Assembly: GCA_034723395.1 (NCBI GenBank)
Contig: JAYEOW010000038.1
Span: 1 to 33,348 of the forward strand
Direction: 5' to 3'
From: Candidatus Margulisiibacteriota bacterium
GTDB taxonomy: Bacteria > Margulisbacteria > WOR-1 > O2-12-FULL-45-9
Length of the DNA stretch: 33,348 nt
Position numbers and translations under genes: made by a program. Each line of letters begins with the position of its first letter. Position 1 is the stretch's first letter. The notes beneath the pieces are model-generated. The model had not been told where the DNA came from. It did not search any database and was given only the letters and a program-made list of their open reading frames with translations. Of the stretch, positions 16,707 to 27,995 are shown in pieces.

Positions 16707-18603
16707 TTTTCTCTTCGGGATCCACTGCCACCAGCCGGTCGGGAATTTCGGCCACGTTTTTGATGAAGCTTATCAGAAAGCTTACCTTCCCTTTATTAAT
16801 GTCTTAGAAAATCATCCACGAATTAAGGTCTCAATTCACTACAGCGGCATATTGTTCGACTGGTTTAAGGAGCATCACCCCGAGTTTATCGATCTGCTGC
16901 GGAAACTGGTTAGAAGAAGGCAGCTGGAGATCCTGTCTTCCGGTTATTACGAACCGATCCTCTCTATTATTCCAGATGAAGATAAAGTAGGGCAGATCGA
17001 AAAACTAAATCATTTTATCCGTGAAGAGTTCGGTATGGCGCCGCGCGGGATGTGGCTGACCGAAAGGGTATGGGAGCCGTCGCTGCCGAAACCGATCGTA
17101 AAGGCGGGGATCGAATATGCGATGGTTGATGATCATCATTTCAAATTAGCTGGAATAGAAGAGAAAAAACTTAACGGTTATTTTGTTACTGAAGAGCAGG
17201 GGGAGGTACTGAATCTTTTCCCGATCAATAAAAAGCTGCGCCAGATGATCCCGTTTAAACCACCGGAAGAAATTATTGAATACCTGCAGGGACTTGGGAA
17301 CAAAAGCGGAAGTGCGGCAGCAGTTTGTCTCGATGATGGAGAAAAGTTTGGGTTACAAGATGGATCGAACAAATTTATTTACGAAGAAGGATACCTCGAT
17401 AAACTCTTTACCGAAATTGAAGAGAACTCAAAATGGATCCGCTGCATGACCTTTTCGGATTATATGGAAGAGTATCCACCTAAAGGGAGAGTGTATTTGC
17501 CAACCGCATCATACGAAGAGATGATGGAATGGTCAGGCGGTTACTTTAGGAACTTTTTTATCAAATATCCCGAAGCCAACAATATGCACAAGAGGATGCT
17601 TCAGGTAAGCAAACGATTATCTTCTCTACGCAAAGGGAGAAACCTTTTTGGCAGCCGGGAAAATGATGAGCATCTTTTAAAGGCATTAAATCATCTTTAT
17701 AAAACGCAATGCGCCTGCGCTTACTGGCACGGTTTATACAATGGACTCTATTCGGGGCACCTCCGCCGGGCGGTTTATCAAAACCTGATCAACGCGGAGA
17801 TCGAAATGGAGAAATTTAGCCGCCGTGGCAATACCTTTGTTGATGTCGGCGTTACCGATCTCAATAAAGATGGTAAGGACGAAGTAATTCTTGCCAATAG
17901 TATGCTTAGCCTATTTTTCGCTCCAGCAAATGGAGGCTCGCTGTTTGAACTAGATTATAAACTTAAACCGGCTAACGTAATAAATTCGATTGCCCGGCAT
18001 AAAGAGGATTATCATAAGAAAAAGATCGCATACGATAATTATTCAAGGGCATGTTTGGTCGACCACTTTTTTACGCCAGATATGACTTTCGATAAAATGG
18101 TTGCGGGCGATTATAAAGAGGCGGGAGATTTTGTTAATAAAGATTATACTTTTATGCCAAAGCGTGGGGCGGGAGAGATTGGTATCTCACTGTCGCGCGA
18201 TGGAAATGTTGAGAAGATGCCGGTCAAGGTTGAAAAAACAGTCGCATTGCTGGCAAAACAGAGCATTATTAATATTGAATATACGGTGACCAATCAAGGA
18301 AAAGAAAAAGATGAATTCTGGTTTGGTATAGAGTTTAACTTCTCTATCCCGGGAGACCGGTCGAGGGGGGAAATTGAGAATCTCCGCCTGGTCAAGATGG
18401 TTGACGGAGAGAGCGGCTTTGATGTATCATTGGAAATAGATAAAAACGGGTTGGTTTGGCGCTTTCCAGTTGAGACTGTTTCCCGTTCGGATGCGGGAAT
18501 TATTACCGATTATCAAAGTTCAGCGGTCATCCCAAGCTGGAAATTCGGCCTGGAGCCAAACCAGAACTGGAAAGTTAAATTAAGCCTAAGAATCGAGGAG
18601 TAA
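16693..18603 (+). CDS. GH57 alpha-amylase/4-alpha-glucanotransferase
   Basis: HCHQP, YYEPIL, WLTERVW (nucleophile Glu), DDGEKFG (acid/base Asp), YWHGLYNGLY, with a C-terminal beta domain. Confidence 0.92.
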   Translation: MKKVNFLFGIHCHQPVGNFGHVFDEAYQKAYLPFINVLENHPRIKVSIHYSGILFDWFKEHHPEFIDLLRKLVRRRQLEILSSGYYEPILSIIPDEDKVGQIEKLNHFIREEFGMAPRGMWLTERVWEPSLPKPIVKAGIEYAMVDDHHFKLAGIEEKKLNGYFVTEEQGEVLNLFPINKKLRQMIPFKPPEEIIEYLQGLGNKSGSAAAVCLDDGEKFGLQDGSNKFIYEEGYLDKLFTEIEENSKWIRCMTFSDYMEEYPPKGRVYLPTASYEEMMEWSGGYFRNFFIKYPEANNMHKRMLQVSKRLSSLRKGRNLFGSRENDEHLLKALNHLYKTQCACAYWHGLYNGLYSGHLRRAVYQNLINAEIEMEKFSRRGNTFVDVGVTDLNKDGKDEVILANSMLSLFFAPANGGSLFELDYKLKPANVINSIARHKEDYHKKKIAYDNYSRACLVDHFFTPDMTFDKMVAGDYKEAGDFVNKDYTFMPKRGAGEIGISLSRDGNVEKMPVKVEKTVALLAKQSIINIEYTVTNQGKEKDEFWFGIEFNFSIPGDRSRGEIENLRLVKMVDGESGFDVSLEIDKNGLVWRFPVETVSRSDAGIITDYQSSAVIPSWKFGLEPNQNWKVKLSLRIEE

Positions 18604-18606
18604 ATT

Positions 18607-19647
18607 ATGCCTGAATTAAGAAAAGACCCGATCTCCGAACGATGGGTAGTTATTGCGACCGAACGTGGGAAAAGGCCGACCGATTTTGCAATGCCGGCGG
18701 TTTCGGAAGAAAGTTCGAATAATTTAGATAAATGCCCATTCTGCGAAGGCCACGAAAATATGACCCCGCCCGAGATCCTGGCGTGGAGAAAACCGGGGAG
18801 CTTGCCCGATTCACCTGGTTGGGAGATCCGCGGGATGCAGAATAAGTTTCCAGCATTGACTTCTGAGGGTGAGATCAACCGTACCGGAATGGGTGTCTAT
18901 GACATGATGAGCGGGATTGGCGCCCACGAAGTGATCGTTGAGACCCCAAAACACAACCTGGCAATTCCGGACATGTCAGACGAACATGTCGAGAAGATCC
19001 TCTGGGCTTACAAGCAGAGGATCATTGAACTTGAGAAGGATCCGCGTTTTCGATATGCATTGGTCTTTAAGAATTATGGAAAAACAGCCGGAGCATCGCT
19101 TTCGCATCCACATTCCCAACTGATCGCGACGCCGGTTACCCCGCGTTATGTAAAACTCGAACTCTCAAATTCGCGTGAATATTTCCAGGAGAAGGAGCGC
19201 TGTATTTTTTGTGATATTATTCGCCAGGAGCTCGGTTCGGGAGAGAGGATGGTTTACGAGAACGAATATTTTGTTGTTTTTGCCCCTTTTGCCTCTCGTT
19301 TTCCGTTTGAAGTATGGCTGTTGCCGAGACGGCATGAATATGGATTTCAGATGATGCCCGATTCAGAGCGGTTGCTTTTGGCCCAATGTCTAAAAGATAT
19401 TTTAAGAAGGTTAAGGGTAACGCTAAACGATCCGCCTTTTAACTATGTCTTGCATACGGCGCCAAGTACGACCCCGCGGGCGGGAAAACCGGACTACTGG
19501 GGTACTATCCAATACGATTTCCACTGGCATATCGAGATCATTCCCCGGTTGACCAAAATGGCCGGATTCGAGTGGGGTTCGGGATTATATATCAATCCCA
19601 CCTCGCCGGAGCAGGCGGCCAAGTTCTTAAGAGAAGCCGAATTGTAA
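18607..19647 (+). CDS. galT: Galactose-1-phosphate uridylyltransferase (GalT-like)
   Basis: ELRKDP, RGKRP, CPFC, NKFP, GAHEVIVE, GASLSHPHSQ, HWHIEIIPR, AGFEWGSG. Confidence 0.9.
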   Translation: MPELRKDPISERWVVIATERGKRPTDFAMPAVSEESSNNLDKCPFCEGHENMTPPEILAWRKPGSLPDSPGWEIRGMQNKFPALTSEGEINRTGMGVYDMMSGIGAHEVIVETPKHNLAIPDMSDEHVEKILWAYKQRIIELEKDPRFRYALVFKNYGKTAGASLSHPHSQLIATPVTPRYVKLELSNSREYFQEKERCIFCDIIRQELGSGERMVYENEYFVVFAPFASRFPFEVWLLPRRHEYGFQMMPDSERLLLAQCLKDILRRLRVTLNDPPFNYVLHTAPSTTPRAGKPDYWGTIQYDFHWHIEIIPRLTKMAGFEWGSGLYINPTSPEQAAKFLREAEL

Positions 19648-19653
19648 TTGTCG

Positions 19654-20955
19654 ATGAAGGTCCTCTTTTTATCTTCTGAGGTAGTCCCTTTTGCAAAAAC
19701 GGGCGGTCTTGCTGACGTAGCGGGAGCGCTCCCTAAAGCGATCCGCCAGATCGGCCACGATGTCCGCATTTTTATGCCGCGTTATAAATTTGTTGATCCT
19801 AAAGAAACCCTGCCTGGCACGGACATAAAGATGTATTTCTTTGAGAACCGGAATTTTACGTCACGAGAGAGCCTCTACGGGATTGATGGGAAAGATTATT
19901 CCGATAATTACGAAGCGTTTTTAGCATATTGTGAGGCTGTAATTCCATTCTTGTTAGGAATGAAGTGGATCCCCGATATTATCCACTGCAACGACTGGCA
20001 GTCGGCCCCCTTGACCGCATTTGTAAAAAAGAAGAGAGAAGAAGGATCGTTCATGCGTACCGCAACGGTCTATTCGATACACAACATGGCTTACCAGGGG
20101 AGTTTTCCAGGGCGGGAAATTGAAAACTTCGCTAAAGCGGCTATTTTGTCGGCCGACGTGATCAATAGCGTTTCCCCAACCTATGCCAAAGAGATCCAGA
20201 CCGAAGATTTCGGCGCTGGTCTCCAATCTTTTATGCAGGAGCGGACGAAGGATATTTATGGGATATTAAACGGAGTCGATTACGATCTTTGGAATCCTGC
20301 AAAAGACCAGGCGCTGGTCAAACGTTACAACCGGAATACTTTATCGCTTAGGACCCGGAATAAGCGGCCGCTCCAAAAAGAGATGGGGCTGGCTGAGAAC
20401 GAAAATATACCGATTATCGGAATGACTTCACGCCTTGATGTCCAGAAAGGGTTCGATCTTATAGCCGGGGCGATCGAAGAAATTATGAAGCTTGACTGCC
20501 AGTTGATTATTCTTGGTACTGGTGATCCCCGCTATCATAAACTGCTTAATGAGATGAAAGAACGTCATCCGGATAAGATCGGGATCAAGCTCGGTTTTGA
20601 CGCGGCCTTAGCGCAGAGAATTTACGCCGGATCCGATATGTTCCTGATGCCGTCACGCTATGAACCGTGCGGTTTGGGCCAGTTGATAAGTTTTAAGTAT
20701 GGCGCGATCCCGATCGCGAGAAAGACCGGAGGCTTGGCAGACACGGTCCATGACAATGAAGATGGTTTTGTTTTCGAAGAATACAACGCTCAAGCGTTAT
20801 TAGAAGCGATCAAACGGGCTCTTTCTGCTTATAAGAACCGATCGACCTGGAATAAGATGCAGGAACGGGTTATGGGATACGATTACTCCTGGGACGCCTC
20901 CGCGAAAAAGTATATTTCCCTCTATGTGAAGGCATTGGATAAATTGATTAAGTAG
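19654..20955 (+). CDS. glgA: Glycogen synthase (GT5)
   Basis: KTGGLADV, HCNDWQ, HNMAYQG, SRLDVQKG, PSRYEPCGL, TGGLADTV. Confidence 0.95.
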   Translation: MKVLFLSSEVVPFAKTGGLADVAGALPKAIRQIGHDVRIFMPRYKFVDPKETLPGTDIKMYFFENRNFTSRESLYGIDGKDYSDNYEAFLAYCEAVIPFLLGMKWIPDIIHCNDWQSAPLTAFVKKKREEGSFMRTATVYSIHNMAYQGSFPGREIENFAKAAILSADVINSVSPTYAKEIQTEDFGAGLQSFMQERTKDIYGILNGVDYDLWNPAKDQALVKRYNRNTLSLRTRNKRPLQKEMGLAENENIPIIGMTSRLDVQKGFDLIAGAIEEIMKLDCQLIILGTGDPRYHKLLNEMKERHPDKIGIKLGFDAALAQRIYAGSDMFLMPSRYEPCGLGQLISFKYGAIPIARKTGGLADTVHDNEDGFVFEEYNAQALLEAIKRALSAYKNRSTWNKMQERVMGYDYSWDASAKKYISLYVKALDKLIK

Positions 20956-21025
20956 CCCTCACCCAACTTATTCTCAATGTTTATCGTCGGTTATCCCCCG
21001 CTCCCTGAGGGAGAGGGGGTGAGGG
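20956..21025. repeat. REP-like nested hairpin after glgA (possible terminator)
   Basis: CCCTCACCC (20956-20964) pairs with GGGTGAGGG (21017-21025). Inner stem CTCCC-tga-GGGAG. Confidence 0.65.
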
Positions 21026-21062
21026 TTGTTTAAGAAAGACTTTCTATGTTAAAATCACTATC

Positions 21063-21809
21063 ATGTCCGGACACTCTAAATGGTCAACAATTAAGCATAA
21101 GAAGGGAAAAACCGACGCGCAGCGCGGGAAACTCTTCTCTAAATTAGTTAAAGAGATTACCTCCGCGGCAAAAAGCGGCGGTGGTGATCAGGATAGCAAT
21201 CCTCGTCTACGCCTAGCGATCGATAAAGCCAAAGAATCCAACATGCCCAGTGATAATATAGACCGGGCGATCGCCAAGGGAACTGGCGGTGGCGAAGGGA
21301 TAACGATCGAAGAGATCACTTACGAGGGTTATGGGCCCGCTGGGGTCGCGATTTTGGTTGAATGTATGACCGATAATAAACAGCGCACCGTTGCCGAGAT
21401 CCGCCATCTTTTTACCAGAGGGGGCGGGAATATGGGAGAGAGCGGCTGTGTCGGCTGGATGTTCAAGAAAAAAGGGATAATGACCTTTGAAAAAGACAAG
21501 ATCGATGAAGATAAACTGGGGATGGATGCGATCGAAGCGGGGGCTGAAGATATTAATCTGGAAAAGAGTGTTTTGGAAGTCCTGACCAATCCCGAAGATT
21601 TTATAAAAGTCAGGGACGCGCTTAAAGCCAAAGGCTTTGTTCCGGAATCTTCCGAGATCTCCATGTTCCCTCAATCTACAATAAAACTTATCGGTGAAGA
21701 CGCGCGTAAGGTGATGAGTTTGGTTGACTCCTTCGAAGAGCATGATGATGTCCAAAACGTCCACGCCAACTTTGATATCCCCGATGAGATATTAGAGCAG
21801 GAATCATGA
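21063..21809 (+). CDS. yebC: YebC/PmpR family protein
   Basis: [38 protein letters not shown]. Confidence 0.96.
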   Translation: MSGHSKWSTIKHKKGKTDAQRGKLFSKLVKEITSAAKSGGGDQDSNPRLRLAIDKAKESNMPSDNIDRAIAKGTGGGEGITIEEITYEGYGPAGVAILVECMTDNKQRTVAEIRHLFTRGGGNMGESGCVGWMFKKKGIMTFEKDKIDEDKLGMDAIEAGAEDINLEKSVLEVLTNPEDFIKVRDALKAKGFVPESSEISMFPQSTIKLIGEDARKVMSLVDSFEEHDDVQNVHANFDIPDEILEQES

Positions 21810-22519
21810 AGATCGCCGCAGATTTGCATGTCCACACTGTTTCCTCCGGCCATGCTTATTCGACTTTAGAAGAGTATGTCGCGCAAGCGAAAAAGATCGG
21901 TTTAAAGGGGCTTGCGATCACCGACCACGGTGAAGCGATGCCGGGAGGGCCGCACTGGTACCACTTCTCAAACATGGGGATGATCCCCGAAAAGATCAAC
22001 GGGATCAGGGTATATCGCGGGATCGAAGCGAATATAATCAACAATGACGGCAAGATCGATCTTAACGATAACGATCTGGCAAAACTTGATATCGTAATGG
22101 TCGCCATGCACCCGCGGACAGGTTATGATAGTCTGGGAGAAGAGGGGAACACCGAAATTCTCTCTAAAGCATTAGAAAATCCATATATTAATATTATCGC
22201 CCATCCAGGAAATCCAAAATATCCGGTGAAGGTTGAAGAGACAGTCGCGATGGCCAAAGAGAAAAAGGTGGCGATCGAAATAAATAACAGTTCGTTTACC
22301 AGCCGGGTGGGGAGTTGGGATCGATGCCTCCAATTTGCGAAAGAGGTCAAGCGCCAGGAGTGGATGGTTGTAATCGGCTCTGATTCGCATATTTCAACAA
22401 TGATCGGAAGATTTGAGAGCGCTTTTAAGTTAATAAAAGAAGCCGGTTTATCCGAAAAGCATGTGATTAATACGTCGCTGGCAAAGATCGATAAGTATCT
22501 ATTAAAAGGAAGGATATAA
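21806..22519 (+). CDS. PHP-domain phosphatase (YcdX-like)
   Basis: DLHVHT, ITDHG, GIEANI, AHP, EINNSS, GSDSH. Confidence 0.9.
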   Translation: MKIAADLHVHTVSSGHAYSTLEEYVAQAKKIGLKGLAITDHGEAMPGGPHWYHFSNMGMIPEKINGIRVYRGIEANIINNDGKIDLNDNDLAKLDIVMVAMHPRTGYDSLGEEGNTEILSKALENPYINIIAHPGNPKYPVKVEETVAMAKEKKVAIEINNSSFTSRVGSWDRCLQFAKEVKRQEWMVVIGSDSHISTMIGRFESAFKLIKEAGLSEKHVINTSLAKIDKYLLKGRI

Positions 22520-23281
22520 ATGTTAGCAAAAAGAATTATCCCGTGTCTCGATGTTACCGAAGGAAGGGTCGTAAAGGGGACTAAGTTCGTGGACCTAAAA
22601 GATGCCGGCGATCCGGTCGAGCTGGCGGCGATCTACGATAAAGAGGGGGCGGACGAACTGGTCTTCCTCGATATTACCGCATCTTCGGATAAACGCCATA
22701 TAATGCTGGATGTAGTTAAAAGGACCTCTGAAAAGATATATATCCCTTTTACCGTTGGCGGAGGGATCAATAATGTTGGGACGATGCGGAAGATTATCGC
22801 CGCAGGAGCTGATAAGGTGTCGGTCAATACAGCAGCCGTGGCCGATCCTAACCTGGTAAAAAAGGGGGCCGAAAAATTCGGTAGCCAGTGTATTGTTGTT
22901 GCCATAGACGCAAAGAAGATTAAGGATAAAAAGTGGGAAGTTTATACTCATGGAGGAAGAACTCCGACGGGGATCGATGCGGTCGAGTGGGCAAAGAAGG
23001 TTGAATCTCTCGGAGCAGGCGAGATACTCTTGACCAGCATGGACCGGGACGGAACCAAGATCGGTTATGAGTTGGAATTGACCAGAGCAATCGCCGATGC
23101 GGTAGAAATTCCTGTAATTGCTTCTGGAGGCGCTGGAAGCAAGGAACATATTTATGAGGCGTTTGTAAAAGGGCATGCGGATGCCGCGCTCTTAGCTTCA
23201 CTGCTGCACTATAAAGAGCTAACTATTAAGGAGATAAAAGATCATCTTGCTAACAAAGGCATTACAGTCCGCGTTACCTAA
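22520..23281 (+). CDS. hisF: Imidazole glycerol phosphate synthase cyclase subunit
   Basis: [45 protein letters not shown]. Confidence 0.98.
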   Translation: MLAKRIIPCLDVTEGRVVKGTKFVDLKDAGDPVELAAIYDKEGADELVFLDITASSDKRHIMLDVVKRTSEKIYIPFTVGGGINNVGTMRKIIAAGADKVSVNTAAVADPNLVKKGAEKFGSQCIVVAIDAKKIKDKKWEVYTHGGRTPTGIDAVEWAKKVESLGAGEILLTSMDRDGTKIGYELELTRAIADAVEIPVIASGGAGSKEHIYEAFVKGHADAALLASLLHYKELTIKEIKDHLANKGITVRVT

Positions 23282-24050
23282 AAAAGGTAAGCTTGCCAGG
23301 GCGATGCGCTATTCGGTTTTTGCCGGCGGAAAGCGTTTCCGTCCGGTCCTTTGTATGGCGGCCGCAAAGGCATTGGGAAAGGACCCCAAAAAAGTGATCC
23401 CGATCGCCTGCGCCATCGAAATGCTCCACACCTTTACTTTGGTCCACGACGACCTTCCCGGGATGGATAATAGTGATTACCGCCGCGGGAAACTGACCTG
23501 CCACAAAAAATTCGATGAGGCGACTGCTATTCTCGCCGGTGATGCTTTGAATACGTTAGCCTTTAAAATTCTTGCTAGAGAGACTAATAATGCAAAAGTG
23601 ATCGAAGAGATCGGGAAAGGATTAATGAAGGTTGTAGAGGGTCAGGTAATGGATCTCGAAAGCGAAGGTAAAAAAATTAGCCTAAAAAGATTAAAGGCGA
23701 TCCATCTTAGTAAAACAGCCGCTCTGCTGATCGCCTGCGTCCGCGCTTCGGCGATCCAGCTAAAAGCGACCAAAAGACAGCTTAAATCGCTAACCAATTA
23801 TGCCAAACACCTCGGTCTTGCTTTTCAGATCGCAGATGATATACTGGATGCCACATCGACGAGAAAAAAACTGGGGAAGCCGGTCAAAGCAGATATCGGG
23901 AAAGGCTTTCCTTATTTTATTGGGGTAGAAAGATCCAGAAAACTGGCCTTGCTCGAAAAGAAAAAGGCGCTTGCTGCTTTAAGAATATTTGGCAGGAGAG
24001 CGGATAGTTTACGCGAGTTAGCAGAGTTTGTTGTAATAAGAAAAACATAG
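23247..24050 (+). CDS. ispA: Polyprenyl (farnesyl/geranylgeranyl) diphosphate synthase
   Basis: [38 protein letters not shown]. The start (TTG 23247, overlapping hisF) is uncertain. Confidence 0.9.
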   Translation: MLTKALQSALPKKGKLARAMRYSVFAGGKRFRPVLCMAAAKALGKDPKKVIPIACAIEMLHTFTLVHDDLPGMDNSDYRRGKLTCHKKFDEATAILAGDALNTLAFKILARETNNAKVIEEIGKGLMKVVEGQVMDLESEGKKISLKRLKAIHLSKTAALLIACVRASAIQLKATKRQLKSLTNYAKHLGLAFQIADDILDATSTRKKLGKPVKADIGKGFPYFIGVERSRKLALLEKKKALAALRIFGRRADSLRELAEFVVIRKT

Positions 24051-24145
24051 CCGCTAAAACACAAAAGCACGAAAGAATTTAGTGTTTTAGTGCCTGCCCC
24101 TCGGGCTGAGCCTCGGGGCGAAGCCGGCAGGCAGGCTTTTGTGGC
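24050..24145. repeat. Nested palindromic/short-repeat intergenic element
   Basis: CTAAAACAC/GTGTTTTAG inverted pair, then CCTGCC...GGCAGGCAGG enclosing GCCCC...GGGGC. Confidence 0.55.
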
Positions 24146-24157
24146 AGGTAGAATAAT

Positions 24158-25558
24158 ATGTATAAACCAAATAAAGAAGAATTTATAAAGTTAGCGGAAA
24201 AAGGGAACCTGATCCCGGTTTATAAAGAGATACCGGTTGGCGATGAAAAACCGGTTTCGGCGTTTAGGAAAATAGAGGGTGAATACTCGTTCCTCCTGGA
24301 ATCGATCGAAGGCGGCGAAAAGATCGCCCGCTATTCGTTCCTCGGAACGTGTTCCAAGGATAAAGTCCACGAATTAAAATCATTCAAGGCGATCAAAAAT
24401 GTCCTGGGCAAATACAAGGCGGTTAAAGTCGATGGTTTGCCGAGGTTCCATGGCGGTTTGGTCGGTTACGTCAGTTATGATATGGTCCGGGAGATCGAAA
24501 AAATCCCCGACAAGAACAAAGACGATCTCAAATTATCCAAAATGGTCCTGCTGCACGCCGATACATTTTTATCCTTCGACCACATTAAAGGAAAACTGTT
24601 CATTATTTCAAACGCAGAGATAAAAGGGGACCCGGAAAAAGCTTATCGGGAAGCGTGCGCAAGGATCGATAATTTAGAGGGAGCTTTAAATAAAGCGGTC
24701 AAGCTTAGGGAGATCCGGCAAAAAGATAAAACGTCCGGATTTTCCTCGAATATGGCCCAAGAAGAGTACGAAGCTGTGGTTGAAAAAGGGAAGGAGCATA
24801 TAAAAGCCGGCGATGTTATCCAGTTCGTCCCTTCACAGCGTTTTGAGACCGATTGCCGCGCCGATCCTTTTGATGTCTACCGGGTGTTAAGAAGGATCAA
24901 TCCTTCGCCGTATATGTATTACCTTAAGTTGGGGAAATTAAAGATCGTCGGTTCCTCTCCGGAAGTTATGGTCCGTTTAGAGGACGGAATGGCCACGGTG
25001 AGGCCGATCGCGGGGACAAGGAAGAGAGGAAAAGACGAGGCCGAGGACCTGGCGATGGAGAAAGAGCTGTTAGCCTCGGACAAAGAGCGGGCCGAACATA
25101 TAATGTTGGTTGATCTCGGCCGTAACGACCTTGGCCGGGTTTGTGATTATGGAACAGTTAAAGTTACCGAAGAGATGGTTATCGAAAGATATTCGCATGT
25201 TATGCATATTGTCAGTAACGTTACCGGAAAACTTAAAAATGGGATGGACTCGGTCGATCTTTTGGAAGCGACCTTTCCGGCGGGGACGGTTTCCGGCGCG
25301 CCAAAAGTTCGTGCAATGGAGATAATCGATGAATTAGAGACAGTTAAGCGTGGTCCCTATGCCGGGACGATCGGCTATTTCGGATTTTCTGGTGAGATGG
25401 ATACCTGCATTACTATTCGTACGATTGTTTTTAAGGGTGACAAAGCCTATATCCAGGTTGGCGCGGGGATAGTGGCCGATTCTATTCCTGCTGAAGAATA
25501 TAAAGAGACCGTTAACAAAGCAAAAGCTATGCTTAAAGCGGTTGAAATGGCTTCATGA
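24158..25558 (+). CDS. trpE: Anthranilate synthase component I
   Basis: [54 protein letters not shown]. Confidence 0.92.
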   Translation: MYKPNKEEFIKLAEKGNLIPVYKEIPVGDEKPVSAFRKIEGEYSFLLESIEGGEKIARYSFLGTCSKDKVHELKSFKAIKNVLGKYKAVKVDGLPRFHGGLVGYVSYDMVREIEKIPDKNKDDLKLSKMVLLHADTFLSFDHIKGKLFIISNAEIKGDPEKAYREACARIDNLEGALNKAVKLREIRQKDKTSGFSSNMAQEEYEAVVEKGKEHIKAGDVIQFVPSQRFETDCRADPFDVYRVLRRINPSPYMYYLKLGKLKIVGSSPEVMVRLEDGMATVRPIAGTRKRGKDEAEDLAMEKELLASDKERAEHIMLVDLGRNDLGRVCDYGTVKVTEEMVIERYSHVMHIVSNVTGKLKNGMDSVDLLEATFPAGTVSGAPKVRAMEIIDELETVKRGPYAGTIGYFGFSGEMDTCITIRTIVFKGDKAYIQVGAGIVADSIPAEEYKETVNKAKAMLKAVEMAS

Positions 25559-26790
25559 TAAACTTCCGCCTGCTAAAACTTTCTGACCCGTGGCTCTGGG
25601 GATCGGTCAGCTTACTAATTATCATAAGCTTTTTTGCAATCTTCAGCTGCACCTTTTCGATGCAGGCCAAGATCGGCGCCGACGCCTTCCTTTTTATTAA
25701 ACGCCAGTTATTCTCGTTTTTTATCGGATTGATCGGCCTATCGATCTTTGCATATGTAGATTATAAGCGCTTGAAAAGATTATCACTCTACTTTTACGGA
25801 GCGATGCTCTTTTTTCTGTTCGTGATCTTGTTTGGAGGAGCAGGGACCGTGGCACAGCGTTGGCTTCAAATAGGGTCTTTCTCTTTTCAACCGTCGGAAT
25901 TGTCAAAGATAGTTATCGTGATCTGTCTGGCCGCGTACTTATCCACCCGTGAAAAATTAAAGAGTGTTCAGGAATACGGGGTCCTTTTGGCGATGGTCGG
26001 GATACCGTTCTTGCTGATCTTCAGGCAGCCCGATCTGGGAACTGCGCTGGTCTTTATTTTTATCCTGATCGGGATGTTGGCCGTGTCGGGATCATCGCCT
26101 AAGTTATTGGTCCTGATGGTCACGCCGATGGTCTCCATCCTATTGAGGCCGTTTATTTTTCTCTGGATTTTATATTTGTTAGGGATAATTGTAGCTTTAT
26201 TTTTAACGCGTGCCACAGTTTGGGACTGGGTTTTGGTCCTGGGGATAAATGTTTTAGTCGGTCTGGCGCTTCCGCTGATCTGGGGAATGTTAAAGACCTA
26301 TCAAAAAACGCGTATCCTGGCTTTTTTAAATCCTTCACTCGATCCGCACGGGGCAGGGTACCACAGTTTACAGTCGCGGATCGCGATCGGCAGCGGCGGG
26401 ATTTTTGGTAAAGGTTTTCTCCACGGGACGCAGACCCAGCTGCAGTTTATCCCCGAGCAGCACTCTGACTTCATCTTTGCCGCGATCGGTGAAGAATTTG
26501 GCTTTATCGGCGCCAGTTTTGTCCTTGCTTTATATTCGGTCGTTGTCTGGCGGGCGATGGCTATCGCGTCGGCTGCTTCGGACCTTTTTGGCAAACTGCT
26601 TGCTTCCGGGATAGCCGCGATGACTTCCTTTCATGTTTTTGCCAATGTTGGAATGACCTTGGGAATTCTACCCGTAGTAGGAATGCCGCTCCCGTTCTTA
26701 AGCTTTGGCGGATCGTCATTGATGATGAACATGATAGGGGTAGCGATATTACAGAGTATCTCAATGCGGCAGAGAAAGTTGATCTTTTAA
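25555..26790 (+). CDS. rodA: Rod shape-determining protein RodA (SEDS)
   Basis: FQPSELSK, QPDLGT, YQKTRI..FLNP, QSRIAIGSGG, PEQHSDFIF, GMPLPFLSFGGSS. Confidence 0.92.
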   Translation: MINFRLLKLSDPWLWGSVSLLIIISFFAIFSCTFSMQAKIGADAFLFIKRQLFSFFIGLIGLSIFAYVDYKRLKRLSLYFYGAMLFFLFVILFGGAGTVAQRWLQIGSFSFQPSELSKIVIVICLAAYLSTREKLKSVQEYGVLLAMVGIPFLLIFRQPDLGTALVFIFILIGMLAVSGSSPKLLVLMVTPMVSILLRPFIFLWILYLLGIIVALFLTRATVWDWVLVLGINVLVGLALPLIWGMLKTYQKTRILAFLNPSLDPHGAGYHSLQSRIAIGSGGIFGKGFLHGTQTQLQFIPEQHSDFIFAAIGEEFGFIGASFVLALYSVVVWRAMAIASAASDLFGKLLASGIAAMTSFHVFANVGMTLGILPVVGMPLPFLSFGGSSLMMNMIGVAILQSISMRQRKLIF

Positions 26791-27995
26791 AGCTTAAATT
26801 CGGCTTCTACCTGCCCAACTGCTTCAAAGGTCTCATCTTTTACGGAAATAATAATTTTTTCAGCCTTTACCCATCTATCCTTTTTCTTCATATAAACCTT
26901 GCCGGTGAGAGTCAATATTTCGATCCCATCATTGTATACCGCCCGATCCGCTTTTGCTTCCCGCCCTTTTTGAGTAACCAAGACCGAGCCGGTAGCGGTA
27001 GCGTCCCCGGTTTTGGTCGAAAACAGAAGTTCATCAGAAGTTAAGACCGTCTTTTCCTTAAGTATCTCTTTGGCCTCTTTGCTTCTAAGATTTTTAGCCG
27101 TGCTCTCTTTTAAGACCGCTCTCGCTTTTTCAAAGATCGCCTTAACACTCCCTTTCATATAAAGGCTCTTTCTCGGCTGGGAGTAGAGGGCGGAATCGGC
27201 CACCGCAAACTTCTTTCCCTGGACTACATCAACGCTCCCTTTTAAGCGCATATTCCGGGCAGCGTCGGTATAAAATGAAGCGTGGTTGGCTTTGATGACC
27301 GTTTTTACCTTATTTTCAGTAATAGTTAATCTGACATTTTCATCTGCTTCGAGTCTCTCGCTGTCACTATGATATTCCATCTTTTTAGAATAAAGGATCC
27401 CGTCTTTTCTCCGGAGCCGGACCTTATCGAACATACGCGCGATATTTTTATCGTTATCGATCAGGATCCTCTGGGTAAATATTGAGGAATCTTTTTTATG
27501 CAGGTTAACATTGCCGGAGATCTCGGTCTCTTCAATCTTTGGAACATATTTTAACAAATCAGCGGTCATCTTTGTCCAATCTTTTTTCTCCCGATTGGAT
27601 ATCCTGCCAAGGTCGAGATAGGCATTTACTCGATTATTCTTATCTCCAACAACCTCCACAACATCTGAGCGCCTGTACGCCTTGGCGCGGGGAGCGGAAA
27701 GATCGATGACCACTAATTTGCCCGACTTATATATCTTTCCTTTAGTTACATCAAAGAGGTGGGTAACATCGCAATTCTTTGTGGACCAGCCGTCTTTGGC
27801 GTTGAATTCCCAGAGCGGTTTACCGTCTTTACGCCCAGAAACGCGGGTATCTTTGAATTCGGCCACTTTTTCGGTCTTATCTTCACTAAAATAGGTCATA
27901 TCGCGGGGGGAGATGAAATAGTAGACAGCTCCCATTACGAACAGCGAAAAAATGGCCGCGACCAGTATAATTTTCCACGAAAGGTTCTCATCCAT
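26787..27995 (-). CDS. LptC/LptA (OstA-like) periplasmic LPS transport protein
   Basis: N-terminal TM helix, G..dGK..WEF.A (LptC-like), then repeated beta-strand units (A.AD.A.Y.....L.L.G.V). Confidence 0.7.
   Translation of the reverse strand: MDENLSWKIILVAAIFSLFVMGAVYYFISPRDMTYFSEDKTEKVAEFKDTRVSGRKDGKPLWEFNAKDGWSTKNCDVTHLFDVTKGKIYKSGKLVVIDLSAPRAKAYRRSDVVEVVGDKNNRVNAYLDLGRISNREKKDWTKMTADLLKYVPKIEETEISGNVNLHKKDSSIFTQRILIDNDKNIARMFDKVRLRRKDGILYSKKMEYHSDSERLEADENVRLTITENKVKTVIKANHASFYTDAARNMRLKGSVDVVQGKKFAVADSALYSQPRKSLYMKGSVKAIFEKARAVLKESTAKNLRSKEAKEILKEKTVLTSDELLFSTKTGDATATGSVLVTQKGREAKADRAVYNDGIEILTLTGKVYMKKKDRWVKAEKIIISVKDETFEAVGQVEAEFKL

Noticed and set aside
21213..23176. Long minus-strand ORFs (183 aa and 193 aa; likewise 3450..4067)
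   Set aside because: Antisense shadows of yebC, hisF and pheS/pheT.
24051..24157. Trp attenuator or T-box upstream of trpE
   Set aside because: No Trp-codon leader peptide, T-box consensus or U-tract terminator. The structure is better explained as nested repeats.
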